The notes below the pieces were generated by a model. It was given only the letters and a program-made list of their open reading frames with translations. It ran no database searches and had not been told where the DNA came from. A DNA stretch of 64,000 nucleotides. Origin: Minisyncoccota bacterium (lineage in GTDB: Bacteria > Patescibacteriota > Minisyncoccia > Phycocordibacterales > GWA1-40-21). Below are positions 18,736-29,233 of this stretch, in pieces. Position numbers and translations under genes: made by a program. The stretch covers positions 37,590 through 101,589 of the forward strand of contig JBAZYH010000001.1 in the NCBI GenBank assembly GCA_041659365.1. The letters run 5' to 3'. Each line of letters opens with the position of its first letter. Positions within the stretch are counted from its first letter, which is position 1.

Positions 18736-19467
18736 CTATTTCAACCCAAATGAAGCTTTAACCGTAACCATAATATTTTTATTTATTTTTGAAGTGTCAT
18801 AAGTTCCATAATCTGAAATTTCAAGGGAATTTGAAGGAAGCACCTGTACAACTCCACTTGAAGCAGATTTCAAAGTACCAACTTTCATGCCTGTACTTTC
18901 TGCCATTTTATTTGCTCTGGCCATTGCATCTTTTATAGCATCACTAAGCAAGCTAACTCTAACTTCAGGAAGCTTTGAATAATAATATTCAACAGGATTT
19001 ACACTAAAAATAACCCCTTGATTTATAAGTTGTTGTGCAGACTGAGCTAAAGATGTTATTTTTGTAATATCCTTAGACGAAACTTCAACCTGCTGTCTTA
19101 AAGTGTATTCTTTTTCTGTTTGAATATTATTATTGTAATTATAATTTTCAAACATAGATACAGTAGAGATTGTTATATCTTTTTCATCTATACCCTGTGT
19201 TTTTAAAAAACTTTTTACTTTAACAAGATCACTCGCAATTTGTTCATAACCCCACTTAAGAGAACTAACCTTTACTATTCTTGTAAATTCACCCGTAAAT
19301 TTTGCATTGTCAGAAACAACCTGTAGGCTAGCAGAGCCAGTCACAGTAAGTGAATCGGAAGAATATCTTGAGCTATAAAATACGGTTGAAAAAATTATTG
19401 TAGACAAAACAAGTCCCCCAGTAATAATAGCGTAACCAAGTATATTTATATTTTTTGTATTTTCCAT
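18736..19467 (-). CDS. SIMPL-domain (DUF541/BP26-like) protein
   Basis: N-terminal TM, LTVTGSA, AIKDAMARANKMA..G.KVG.L and GTYDTSKINK..VTV. Confidence 0.8.
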   Translation of the reverse strand: MENTKNINILGYAIITGGLVLSTIIFSTVFYSSRYSSDSLTVTGSASLQVVSDNAKFTGEFTRIVKVSSLKWGYEQIASDLVKVKSFLKTQGIDEKDITISTVSMFENYNYNNNIQTEKEYTLRQQVEVSSKDITKITSLAQSAQQLINQGVIFSVNPVEYYYSKLPEVRVSLLSDAIKDAMARANKMAESTGMKVGTLKSASSGVVQVLPSNSLEISDYGTYDTSKINKNIMVTVKASFGLK

Positions 19468-19609
19468 TTTTTAATCTTATTATTTTATAAATTTGTCTGT
19501 TCAAGTAGTCTTTATAAACTTTATGAACTTTTTACTTTTAACTTGTTTATATTATACACCCAAAATATACTTATTACTATATATCAATATCTGTGCTATA
19601 TTAAGACAC

Positions 19610-20311
19610 ATGGAAGAAAAAAAAGAAATAAGAATAAACAAGTACCTAGCAGACAAAGGGGTTTGTACGAGAAGAGAAGCTGACAAAATAATTGAAGCCG
19701 GTAAGGTTTTTATTAATGGCAGAAAAGCTATCTTGGGAGACAAAATTAAAGAAACTGATAGTGTTGAAGTCAAAAATAAAACTAAGAAAACCTACCTATA
19801 CTATGCCTACAATAAACCCAGAGGAATAATAACCCATAGTCCACAAAATGGAGAAAAGGATATAGCTTCATCTATAGGACTCAAAGGAGTCTTTCCTATT
19901 GGTAGACTAGATAAAGATTCTGAGGGTCTGATAATACTTACAAATGATGGAAAAATAACAGATAGACTACTTAGTCCAAAATATGAACACGACAAAGAAT
20001 ACGTAGTAAAAACTAAGTCTCCTGTAAAGCAGTTCCATCTTTCTGTAATGGAAGGAGGTATGCAACTCGAAGGTATAGAAACAAAACCATGCAAAACAAA
20101 GATATTAAGTGATGACTCTTTCTCTATAGTTTTAACAGAGGGACAAAAACATCAAATAAGAAGAATGTGTGACAATCTTTCTATACAAATAGAATCCTTA
20201 AAAAGAGTTCGTATTATGAATATAAAAATAAACGATCTAAAGACAAATATGTATCGAAAAATAGAAGGTGAGGAACTAAAAAAGTTTCTTACTTCCCTAT
20301 CTCTAGAATAA
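19610..20311 (+). CDS. RsuA/RluB/RluF-family pseudouridine synthase
   Basis: S4 domain RINKYLA, NKPRG, GRLDKDSEGL and EGQKHQIRRM. Confidence 0.93.
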   Translation: MEEKKEIRINKYLADKGVCTRREADKIIEAGKVFINGRKAILGDKIKETDSVEVKNKTKKTYLYYAYNKPRGIITHSPQNGEKDIASSIGLKGVFPIGRLDKDSEGLIILTNDGKITDRLLSPKYEHDKEYVVKTKSPVKQFHLSVMEGGMQLEGIETKPCKTKILSDDSFSIVLTEGQKHQIRRMCDNLSIQIESLKRVRIMNIKINDLKTNMYRKIEGEELKKFLTSLSLE

Positions 20312-20312
20312 T

Positions 20313-21389
20313 TTAGTTTATTTTAATACACTCATTAAAAGATTGAACTTCTTTATTATATAAAGTTGTCGAGTCTTTTATATTTGAGGCAAGATTATTA
20401 AAAATATGAGCTAAGTTATTATACTCAGAGACCTTCTCATTATATTTTACAACATCAGAAGTACTAGCAACTTTTAATTCACCCTCAACTTTTTTAAGGT
20501 TTATCTTTACCACACTTAAAGCATCATTATTTTTTTCTATCGTTGCTTTGTTAGAATTATTTGGCTCAACACAAAAAGACATCGGCTTACTAAAAATCTG
20601 TGCTGATATCCATACTTTTTTACCTTTATATTCACCCTCCCTTGAATATACACCGATTTCTGTATAATTTTTATTTAAAATATTTGCTCGATGTCCTTCA
20701 CTGTCCATCCAAGCCTGAACGATTTCTCTAGAACTACCAAAATTACCCAATGCAATATTTTCACCAATTATTATATATTTATAATTATTTTTTTCTGCCA
20801 GCTTAGAAGCAGAGTCTCCCGTAGGAGAAACATGCTCAAAATAAGTTTTTGCAAACATATCGTCAACACGCCCTTTTGCTATCTTCGTTAGACTATCGCT
20901 TGATTTAAGCTGCGTAAGATTTGTAGCATTTTTATTTCTCTCAATATTTGTCCAATATATTATCTGACCATCATTCAAAATCAAACTATCATTCGGACTT
21001 TCACTATCTACGAGTGGTTGGGGTAAAAGCTTATTTTTTGTTACAATATTCTTTTCTGTAATAATAGGAGTTGTGGTGCTTTCAATACCGATTTTTTCTT
21101 CTTTAACTAACGTAAGATATTCTTTCTCTTTCCCAACACAAACTTTATTACCAAAAAGTACCCTGAATTCACCTTCTTTCCATTGACCATTAGAGACAGC
21201 AAAAAAATATTGAATACAAAATTCTCTTCTTATTTGCTCGGTAATATTACTGTCTATAAAAATAATAATATTATCTATCTTTTGAAAGATTGTGTCTAAG
21301 GCAGAAGCTTTAGTAATAGAGATAGAAAAAATACAAAAAAATATCACCACCAAGAATAGTATTTTTGTGCCAATTTTATACAAATTCAT
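20313..21389 (-). CDS. secreted CAP/SCP-domain protein
   Basis: Signal peptide; TNIER, YFEHVSP, GENIA and WMDSEGHRANIL. Confidence 0.88.
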   Translation of the reverse strand: MNLYKIGTKILFLVVIFFCIFSISITKASALDTIFQKIDNIIIFIDSNITEQIRREFCIQYFFAVSNGQWKEGEFRVLFGNKVCVGKEKEYLTLVKEEKIGIESTTTPIITEKNIVTKNKLLPQPLVDSESPNDSLILNDGQIIYWTNIERNKNATNLTQLKSSDSLTKIAKGRVDDMFAKTYFEHVSPTGDSASKLAEKNNYKYIIIGENIALGNFGSSREIVQAWMDSEGHRANILNKNYTEIGVYSREGEYKGKKVWISAQIFSKPMSFCVEPNNSNKATIEKNNDALSVVKINLKKVEGELKVASTSDVVKYNEKVSEYNNLAHIFNNLASNIKDSTTLYNKEVQSFNECIKIN

Positions 21390-21450
21390 ATATCAATATA
21401 TTATCACAAAAATACTTTTTTGTATTTTATTTATAGTGTATAATATCTAT

Positions 21451-21858
21451 ATGAATTTTTTGAAAACTATTTTTGGTTATCTTAAATGGCACTATGGAAA
21501 AGCTCTCTTTGCAACATTCTCTTTATGGAAAAATCTTCTTTTTTTCCTGTTACGTTTTTTTTCACTTAAAAGTTTACTCACAAATTTCTTTGCACCATGG
21601 AAAAGACTCACAGAAAGCTATCCTAGAAATTTTGGAATAGACTCAGATACCCTGAAAAAGTATCTAAATACTTTTACTATAAATACAATAATGAGATTGT
21701 TCGGAATGATTTTCAGAACTTTTGCGATTACTATTGGACTAATCTGTTGTCTTACTTTTATTCTCCTACTTCCTTTTACACTAGCTTTTTGGTTAGCTTT
21801 ACCTGTTTTAATAATAGGATCTTTTTTATTTGGGTTAGTCTTAATCTTCTCCTATTAA
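21451..21858 (+). CDS. hypothetical membrane protein, co-transcribed with the Clp-like ATPase
   Basis: WHYG..FFS..FFAPWKR and C-terminal TM helices; stop lies 6 nt before the next ATG. Confidence 0.75.
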   Translation: MNFLKTIFGYLKWHYGKALFATFSLWKNLLFFLLRFFSLKSLLTNFFAPWKRLTESYPRNFGIDSDTLKKYLNTFTINTIMRLFGMIFRTFAITIGLICCLTFILLLPFTLAFWLALPVLIIGSFLFGLVLIFSY

Positions 21859-21864
21859 ATTTTT

Positions 21865-24336
21865 ATGAAAATCAACGATTATTTAAAACAAAGTTCCTTA
21901 CATAATGTATTAACCGTAGAATCTATTGTTTCAGAAAACTTCAGAAATAAAATATCTAAATTTTCTGAAAATATGATTTATATTATTATTTTTGTAATAA
22001 TAATATATTTTCTAATAAAAGATACGGAAAAGTTTATTATATACAAACAAGCTATAGACTTCATAATACCTAAAATTATTGGACTACTCTTTATAAATAT
22101 TGGTTTACTATTTTTTTCAAAATTAATAGACTTTTATTTCTCTTCTACATACTACTTTGAAAAAATAACAAAAAATAATTATAGTAAAGATGAAATGTAT
22201 ACTTTTTCTGTTGGAAGGGTTCTTTATGCAGGTAGAAAAACAGATATTTTACATGGCTTCATGGATTCAAAAATAGGAAAGGAAGTTTTTCTAAGACTTG
22301 GTATTGGAGACGAAGATAAAGAAAATTTCTACAATACACAAAAAATAGAACCCGAAGATGTAATGCCTCAATCTAAAGGAGACATAATGAAACTGGAAGA
22401 TATTATAAATTATCTTTGTGATTACAAGAAAAATTTCATTAGTTTCTTAAACGAAAAAGGTATAAATAAAAATGACCTACTAGGAACAATAAACTGGGTT
22501 ATATATGAAATAGAGTCAGAAGAATACGAAAAACAGTGGTGGAGACCAGAAACTCTATTAAAAACAAAAGGTATGTTTGATGATTGGTCTTTTGGCAAAA
22601 CATATGTCCTCGATAAATACAGTAGAAATATATTAGAAGACGAAGAGGTCAACTCTGAGGCGATGATAATATCTAACCGTGAATCAGAAGTAGTACAAAT
22701 AGAAAATGCCCTTTCAAAATCTTCTGGTTCAAATGTAATGCTTGTAGGAAATCCTGGTCAAGAAAAAATTCAGGTAATATGGAGTCTTTGTAGAAACCTC
22801 AAAAAAAGAAAAGTTACTTCAAAAATACTTGGTAAAAAAGCTATACTCCTCTCAGTAAATTCTCTTATTTCTGTGTGCAAAGATAAAAACTCTTTTGAAG
22901 AACAACTAATAAAAATATTAAATGAGGTAACACACTCTGGAAATATTTTTCTTGTTATAGATAATTTTATTCAACTTTCAAATACAGCAAAAAAGCTTGG
23001 CAGCGATTTCACAAATATTTTTAATCCATTCTTAGAAAATTCTATTGTTCAGATAATCGCCCTGGTAAATACAAATGATTTTCACCAGTATATTGAAAAA
23101 GATAAAACATTACTTAATAACTTTGAAGTTATTTATGTTAAACCATTAGCTACAGAAGAAATAATAAAAATAATTTATGCTTCTGCACTAAACACAGAAA
23201 AACATTATGGTATATATTTTACATATCAAGCAATCAAAGAACTCGCCGAAGGTTCCGCGTACTACTTCTCTGATGGGGTTTCGACAGATAAAGCAATATC
23301 TCTTCTAAACGAAATATCTCCTTGGGCTAAAAGAAATGATAAAATTATTATTGGAAAAGATGAAGTTCTAGATTTTATAGAAAAAAAGACAAATATTCCT
23401 ACAAGTGGAAAAATATCGATAGATGAAAAAGATAAACTCTTAAAACTTGAGGAACTAATTCAAAAAAGAGTTATTGGGCAAGATGACGCTATTGTAGCTA
23501 TTAGTAATGCTCTAAGAAGAGCTAGAACAGGCGTAAGGAACCAAAATAAGCCTATAGGGTCATTCTTATTCTTTGGACCAACTGGTGTAGGAAAAACCGA
23601 AACAGCAAAAGCTTTAGCATACGTGTTTTTTGGTAATGAAGAAAACATGATGAGACTGGATATGTCTGAATATCAAACAGATGACGCAATAGAGAAACTC
23701 ACCGGTTCATTTACTACAGGTAAAACTGGAATCTTCTCAGATATGTTAAGAGAAAAACAATACGGTGTTATTCTTTTAGACGAATTTGAAAAAGCAAATA
23801 AAGATGTATTGAACTTATTTCTTCAAATATTTGATGAGGGATTTTTCTCCGATATGTCAGGACAAAAGATAAATACCAGAAATATTATTTTTATAGCCAC
23901 ATCAAACGCTGGAGCAGATACAATATTTGACATAGTAAATAAAGGTGAAAATCCAAAAAATAAAAAAGAGGAAATAATTGCAGATATAGTAAGTAGAGGT
24001 TTATTTAAACCAGAGCTTATAAACCGCTTTGATGGGACAATAATTTTTAAACCACTAGAGCACGATGATTTACTTAAAATTGCAGATATAATGCTAAAAA
24101 AAGTTTCCGAAAGAATACTTGAAAAAGGTCTCTCCATTGAATATGGTGATGACGTAATAGAATATATAATTACAAATGGAACAAACAAAGTTTTTGGTGC
24201 AAGACCTATGAATAGATTTATACAAGACTCCATAGAAGCACAAACAGCAAAACTTATAATTTCTGGAGAAGCAGTTTCTGGACGAACAATAAAATTTATT
24301 ATTGAGAATAATATACTTTTAGCAAAGATTGTATAG
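21865..24336 (+). CDS. membrane-anchored ClpA/B/C-like AAA+ ATPase with degenerate NBD1
   Basis: NBD2 intact (RVIGQ, GPTGVGKT, DMSEY, LLDEFEK, PELINRFD, GARPM). NBD1 Walker A reads GNPGQEKI. Two N-terminal TM helices. Confidence 0.88.
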   Translation: MKINDYLKQSSLHNVLTVESIVSENFRNKISKFSENMIYIIIFVIIIYFLIKDTEKFIIYKQAIDFIIPKIIGLLFINIGLLFFSKLIDFYFSSTYYFEKITKNNYSKDEMYTFSVGRVLYAGRKTDILHGFMDSKIGKEVFLRLGIGDEDKENFYNTQKIEPEDVMPQSKGDIMKLEDIINYLCDYKKNFISFLNEKGINKNDLLGTINWVIYEIESEEYEKQWWRPETLLKTKGMFDDWSFGKTYVLDKYSRNILEDEEVNSEAMIISNRESEVVQIENALSKSSGSNVMLVGNPGQEKIQVIWSLCRNLKKRKVTSKILGKKAILLSVNSLISVCKDKNSFEEQLIKILNEVTHSGNIFLVIDNFIQLSNTAKKLGSDFTNIFNPFLENSIVQIIALVNTNDFHQYIEKDKTLLNNFEVIYVKPLATEEIIKIIYASALNTEKHYGIYFTYQAIKELAEGSAYYFSDGVSTDKAISLLNEISPWAKRNDKIIIGKDEVLDFIEKKTNIPTSGKISIDEKDKLLKLEELIQKRVIGQDDAIVAISNALRRARTGVRNQNKPIGSFLFFGPTGVGKTETAKALAYVFFGNEENMMRLDMSEYQTDDAIEKLTGSFTTGKTGIFSDMLREKQYGVILLDEFEKANKDVLNLFLQIFDEGFFSDMSGQKINTRNIIFIATSNAGADTIFDIVNKGENPKNKKEEIIADIVSRGLFKPELINRFDGTIIFKPLEHDDLLKIADIMLKKVSERILEKGLSIEYGDDVIEYIITNGTNKVFGARPMNRFIQDSIEAQTAKLIISGEAVSGRTIKFIIENNILLAKIV

Positions 24337-24368
24337 AAAGAGTTAAAAGTTTGTAAAGTTCATAAAGC

Positions 24369-24616
24369 CTGCCCCGTAGCTAACTTTTTCCTTCAAAAAA
24401 GTTATGGTACTGGGGTAAAAAGTTAATAAAATACAAACGTTCTAGATTGCTTCGCTTTGCTCGCAAAGACACACAAAAAAAATAACACAAAGAGGTTTTT
24501 GCAAAGCAAAAACCTCTTTGTGTCTTTGCGAGCAAAGCGAAGCAATCCAGGTTTGTATTTATTTTTTTGTTGTCATTCCCATGCAGACAGCCTGCCCGCC
24601 TTAGGAGGGGGAATCT
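24369..24616. repeat. cluster of nested palindromic repeats (family A doublet, family B with insert)
   Basis: GATTGCTTCGCTTTGCTCGCAAAGAC / GTCTTTGCGAGCAAAGCGAAGCAATCC; CCTGCCCCGTAG[hairpin]TACTGGGG; GTCATTCCC[..]GGGAATC. Confidence 0.8.
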
Positions 24617-24705
24617 ATAATTCTAATATAAAAAATAGCCTCATAAAATTTAAAATAAATTTTATGAGGCTATTTTTCGTAATCGTCTGTGTTCATTTTA
24701 TTAAA

Positions 24706-25014
24706 TTAGACGGTCTCAAGTTTTGCTTTGAGAGAATTCTCAACTTTAGCTCTTGCTTTGGTTTTAGATTTCTTCTCCTTACAGTCTAGATAGTAGATGC
24801 TTATCATTGTACCTATTGCGCAACCTAATGCATAAAATAGTACAATCCAAACATTATCTAGGTTATTAATTATTTTATCGAGTACATAATACCAGATTAA
24901 AATATTAATAAATGTGATGGAACCACTCGACAAAACCATGTTTTTAGAAACAAAATGTGTCCAAGTAGTTGCAATTATCATTTCAACGATACCAACAAAG
25001 AATATCATCAACAT
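24706..25014 (-). CDS. small 3-TM membrane protein (DUF5698/UPF0316-like)
   Basis: Three hydrophobic helices; YALGCAIGT motif. Confidence 0.65.
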   Translation of the reverse strand: MLMIFFVGIVEMIIATTWTHFVSKNMVLSSGSITFINILIWYYVLDKIINNLDNVWIVLFYALGCAIGTMISIYYLDCKEKKSKTKARAKVENSLKAKLETV

Positions 25015-25118
25015 AACTGTTTTGGATATTAAATTTTTAAAGTTCGACCAATAAAAATAACAAAGTCGTACTTTGTTATTTACCTTTGTATTATAACATA
25101 TTTTATGTATTTTGCAAG

Positions 25119-25825
25119 CTAAATAAATCCCTTTAAATAAGCTAGTCTTTCCCTTTCTGGAAACTTTTCTATAGCATATCTAAGCATAGTTCTTGGGATC
25201 TTTCTATAATATTTATTTAAAAAAAACTCTTCATCTTTTAAAGATCTCTTTCCTACTTCTCGAAGCATCCAACCGACAGCTTTATGTATAAGGTCATGTT
25301 TATCCCCCATCAATATCTCAGCAATTTTAAAAACATCTTTATACTCTCCATTTTTAATAAAAGTATAAGTAGAAATAATAGAAATTCTTTTTTCCCAAAG
25401 GTTTTTTGATACAGCAAATTTATACAACAAATATTTCGGCTTATCTATCAAGTATTCACCGACTATTCTAGGAGCTGAAAGATCTACCAAATCCCAATTG
25501 TTAGCCTGCTTTGCATTTTTAATATAAAATTCAAAGACTTTTGCTTTTTCTAGACCATTTGCCTTTTCAAATTTATCTACAAGTATAAATAAAGCGCAAA
25601 TCCTTTCTTCGTGTATTTTTGAATACAAAATTTTCTTAACTTCTGATAATTTTAGATCTCTATATTTTTAGCAACCTTTCTCGTATTAGGAACAATAATT
25701 CCTAGAAATATATCTCCTTCTCCATACTCCCCCTTTTTTGTTTTAAAAAACCTCTGCAAAATATTCGCCTTTTCAAAATTTGCAAGACTTATTAACTCAC
25801 TTTTTATATCTTCCACTTTAGCCAT
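25119..25825 (-). pseudogene. AlkD-like DNA alkylation repair protein with a 1-nt deletion at 25665-25669
   Basis: The 5' part [32 protein letters not shown] joins the frame [37 protein letters not shown] if the A5 run were A6. Confidence 0.85.
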
Positions 25826-25858
25826 ATCCTTATTATACTCATTTTAATGAAATAAAAA

Positions 25859-25900
25859 ATGAGGAGACGCCTTTTTTAATTCTCAAGGCCTCACCTCATT
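25859..25900. repeat. family C imperfect hairpin
   Basis: GAGGAGACGCC..AAGGCCTCACCTC; related copies at 18641, 30035, 30629 and 46795. Confidence 0.75.
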
Positions 25901-25971
25901 TTTTAAATTATAAAAATATTTATCAATACTTTATAAACTTTAAACTTTTTACTTTTAACTACTTCAGTTAA

Positions 25972-27354
25972 TTAAACGAAAGTAATCGCTTTACCCTTTT
26001 TACTTCCTCTTCCTGTTCTACCTATTCTATGAACATAGTCATCATAAGTAGCAGGAATATCATAGTTTATAACATGAGTTATATCTGCGACATCTATACC
26101 TCTTGCAGCCACATCTGTAGCAACAAGTATATTAATACCATTATTTTTAAATTGACTTAATGCCCTATCTCTTTTCGGTTGATTTTTATCACCATGAATA
26201 GAGTCAGCTTTAAAACCTCTATCAACAAGAGTATTGGAAAGTCTTTCTACACCATGTTTTGTTCTACCAAAGATAAGGACTTTACTAAATTCTGGTTTAG
26301 TCAACAAATCGTGTAATACATCGATTTTTTCTTGACCAGCAATCCTTACAACATCTTGATCAACATTTTTTGCAGTACTTCCAGTTTTAACAGAAACAGT
26401 TACAGGATTCTTTAAGAACTCCTTAATAAGCTTTTCTATATCTGGAGAGATTGTAGCTGAGAAGAATAAAGTATGTCTAGTCTTAGACATCTTTGACATA
26501 ATAAGCTTCATATCTGCTATGAATCCCATATCAAGCATTCTATCTGCCTCATCGAGTACTATAGTTGAGAAAGGTGCAAGATTGATACATTTTCTATTTA
26601 CCAAATCCTTTATTCTTCCTGGTGTACCTATAATAAAGTTATTCCAATATTTAAGCTCAGAAATCTGTCTACCTATGGGCATACCTCCTACACAACATAC
26701 AGAATATATTTTAAATCCTGCAGTAAAACTTTTTAATTCTTGATCTATCTGCATCGCGAGCTCTCTTGTAGGAACTACTATAAGTATCTCCTCCTTAGGA
26801 TTTAAAAGAACTTTTTGAATAAGGGGAATAAGAAAAGCTGCCGTCTTACCAGTACCAGTATTTGCAATACCAACAACGTCACTTCCACTAAGAATATGAG
26901 GAATTATTTTGTCTTGCACTGGAGTAGGCTCACAGTAACCTTTATCACAGATATTCTTTTTTAATTTTTCATCAATCTTAAAATCCTTAAAAAGATTTTC
27001 TGGAGTAAATTTTTCAACTACTTCATCTGCGACTGCTTTGTTTATAAATTTTGAAAAATGGATATTTTGTCCAGTATTTCTATTTCCACTTGGTCTTCTG
27101 TTTGAAGAAAAACCTCTGCTACCGCCAAAAGATGGTCTACCTGAATTTCCACTAAAAGGTTTTTTGTCACCTCTATTGAAAAATGGTTGTCTTACAAAAC
27201 TACTTGTTGAAGCTGTTCTTGTATTACTTTTTTGGTCTGAGGAAAAAGATTCACCTTTGGGTGAACTAAAATCCTTCCTACCTGTGCTTCTCTTAGATTT
27301 TCCACCAAAGGAAGAACTAAAAGGCGCAACTTTTCTAAATTGTGTCCTATACAT
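25972..27354 (-). CDS. DEAD-box RNA helicase (RhlE-like) with low-complexity S/G/R-rich N-terminus
   Basis: Q motif, ANTGTGKT, PTRELA, DEAD, SAT and HRIGRTGR. Confidence 0.95.
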   Translation of the reverse strand: MYRTQFRKVAPFSSSFGGKSKRSTGRKDFSSPKGESFSSDQKSNTRTASTSSFVRQPFFNRGDKKPFSGNSGRPSFGGSRGFSSNRRPSGNRNTGQNIHFSKFINKAVADEVVEKFTPENLFKDFKIDEKLKKNICDKGYCEPTPVQDKIIPHILSGSDVVGIANTGTGKTAAFLIPLIQKVLLNPKEEILIVVPTRELAMQIDQELKSFTAGFKIYSVCCVGGMPIGRQISELKYWNNFIIGTPGRIKDLVNRKCINLAPFSTIVLDEADRMLDMGFIADMKLIMSKMSKTRHTLFFSATISPDIEKLIKEFLKNPVTVSVKTGSTAKNVDQDVVRIAGQEKIDVLHDLLTKPEFSKVLIFGRTKHGVERLSNTLVDRGFKADSIHGDKNQPKRDRALSQFKNNGINILVATDVAARGIDVADITHVINYDIPATYDDYVHRIGRTGRGSKKGKAITFV

Positions 27355-27546
27355 ATAATTATTTAAAACAGCAAAAATCGCCGTTTTCTTGGCTTTCAAA
27401 ATAGTATTGATAAAAGCCGTTATTATTAATCGTTAAATGAAGCACGGATTCTGCGACATTTTCACGCTTAATCAGTGAGATTCCCTACTAAATGGGATTT
27501 CATTAACTTTATAAGTATAGCAAAAATAGGATTAGTTGTCAAGACT

Positions 27547-28188
27547 TTATCGAATACAACGAAATAAACCTATATCACCATCATTGTTATATGTTAAATT
27601 AGGAACAACAACACCATTACCATATTCAACAATATAAAACATTCCACCATCTTCTGTTTCTGTACTAGATAAATAAAAACCAGCTTCACTATTTCTTTTA
27701 AATTTTAAATCATTATTTCCAAAAACTTGATAAGTTAAAGTTTCAATAATTTCATCTTTTGTTGGAAGTCTTTTACCCTTAGAAAAACATTTATCTTTTG
27801 CGTAAGAATAAACACCCTTATCATCTTCATCATCCCATAAATTAAGACTATATTCTGAACATTTATCTGTTGTCTCTCCACAATTAATACCAAAATACAT
27901 TAACTGAGGATTAGGAGTAATTTCTGGTATATAAACCTTACTTTCGTCAGATAATGCTACTTCTAAATCATTTATGGTACCCCCAGGATAATATCCGTTA
28001 TCAGAATAAAACATATTTATAGCATTTTTAACTTGTGCAAGCTGTTGTATTCCAGCAGTTTCTTTTGCTTTTTCTTTTGCATTATTTAAAGAAACTATAA
28101 CAATAGTAGTTAAAAACCCAATGATTGATACAACAACCAGTATTTCTATAAGAGTAAAACCTTTTAAAAATTTATTCCTATTTTTCAT
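27547..28188 (-). CDS. type IV pilin / pseudopilin-like protein
   Basis: KG|FTLIEILVVVSII N-methylation motif. Confidence 0.9.
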   Translation of the reverse strand: MKNRNKFLKGFTLIEILVVVSIIGFLTTIVIVSLNNAKEKAKETAGIQQLAQVKNAINMFYSDNGYYPGGTINDLEVALSDESKVYIPEITPNPQLMYFGINCGETTDKCSEYSLNLWDDEDDKGVYSYAKDKCFSKGKRLPTKDEIIETLTYQVFGNNDLKFKRNSEAGFYLSSTETEDGGMFYIVEYGNGVVVPNLTYNNDGDIGLFRCIR

Positions 28189-28279
28189 AACATTATTATA
28201 TCACTTAATGATTACAAAACCCCATCAGTAATCCTCTCTCTTCCTCCAAATATACAGAACACTTGGTATTCTGTATATT

Positions 28280-29002
28280 TTAAAATAAAGAACCTTTACC
28301 TAAATAATGTCTAAGTGTATATATCCAGTCTTCATCATCATTTTCATTCTCGAGTTTTGAATTCAAAAGCCATTCTAAATATCGTCTGTCGGTCCTCAAC
28401 ACTTCCTCTATTTGTTTATCTTTATATTTTCCAAAAGTAAATATTGTAAAGAGAGATGGTTTTTCTGATATTTCCAACATTTTATCTATTGCATCTATAT
28501 CACTTGGTAATTCTTCTTTTACTTTTAACAAAAGTCTTTGAAAAATAGCATATAAAACATTTACATCACCTTCGGCGTCGTGCGCACTACCTTCTACTTC
28601 AAGATCAAGAAAATATCTTAAATACTGGAGGTTATATTCTGGTATAAGATTTTTAGGATCTAAATATCTAGCAACTCTTAAAGTACAGATCTTTTTAGGG
28701 ACTTTTAATCCTTCTGCTTCAAGCATGGCAATATCAAATTTTGTATTATGAGCTACAAGTATTCCGTCTTTCAACAAAATCTCTAAATCTTTTGACATTG
28801 GACTACCAATGAATGGTGGTTTATCAACCAACATTTTATTTGTAATATGAGTAATACTCATAGATTTTACAGACATAGGAAGCGGTGGTTTAAAGTATTC
28901 AGTAAAGGTCCCCTTTGAGGTTTTATAACAAACCTGACAAAGTCTATCTTTGCCCAATTCATTACCTGTTGTTTCTGTATCTAAAAATATTAATTCTTTC
29001 AT
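28280..29002 (-). CDS. DEDDh 3'-5' exonuclease (exonuclease X-like)
   Basis: FLDTETTG, VAHNTKFD, AHDAEGDV; C-terminal FTFGKYK..YLEWL. Confidence 0.9.
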   Translation of the reverse strand: MKELIFLDTETTGNELGKDRLCQVCYKTSKGTFTEYFKPPLPMSVKSMSITHITNKMLVDKPPFIGSPMSKDLEILLKDGILVAHNTKFDIAMLEAEGLKVPKKICTLRVARYLDPKNLIPEYNLQYLRYFLDLEVEGSAHDAEGDVNVLYAIFQRLLLKVKEELPSDIDAIDKMLEISEKPSLFTIFTFGKYKDKQIEEVLRTDRRYLEWLLNSKLENENDDEDWIYTLRHYLGKGSLF

Positions 29003-29003
29003 C

Positions 29004-29065
29004 TGATTTTGCAAAATCACGTCACCCAACTGTCCTCTTAGGGGGACGCAAACTGATTTAGACAT
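29004..29065. repeat. two-hairpin repeat family E, copy 1 (others at 46740-46800 and 58079-58139)
   Basis: TGATTTTGCAAAATCA + GTC..TGTCC..GAC + GCAAACT..TAGACAT. Confidence 0.7.
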
Positions 29066-29233
29066 ATTCTTAAAAATATGACATTATCTATTAAAATTTA
29101 TAAATTAAGTATATCAAAAAATATGATATTAAAATAGAGAAAATAAATCTGGATTGCCAAGAATTAATAGACAAACAAATGAAAAAACAAACTAGGTTTA
29201 ATAAAATAAAAACATATGATATTAAATCAATAC

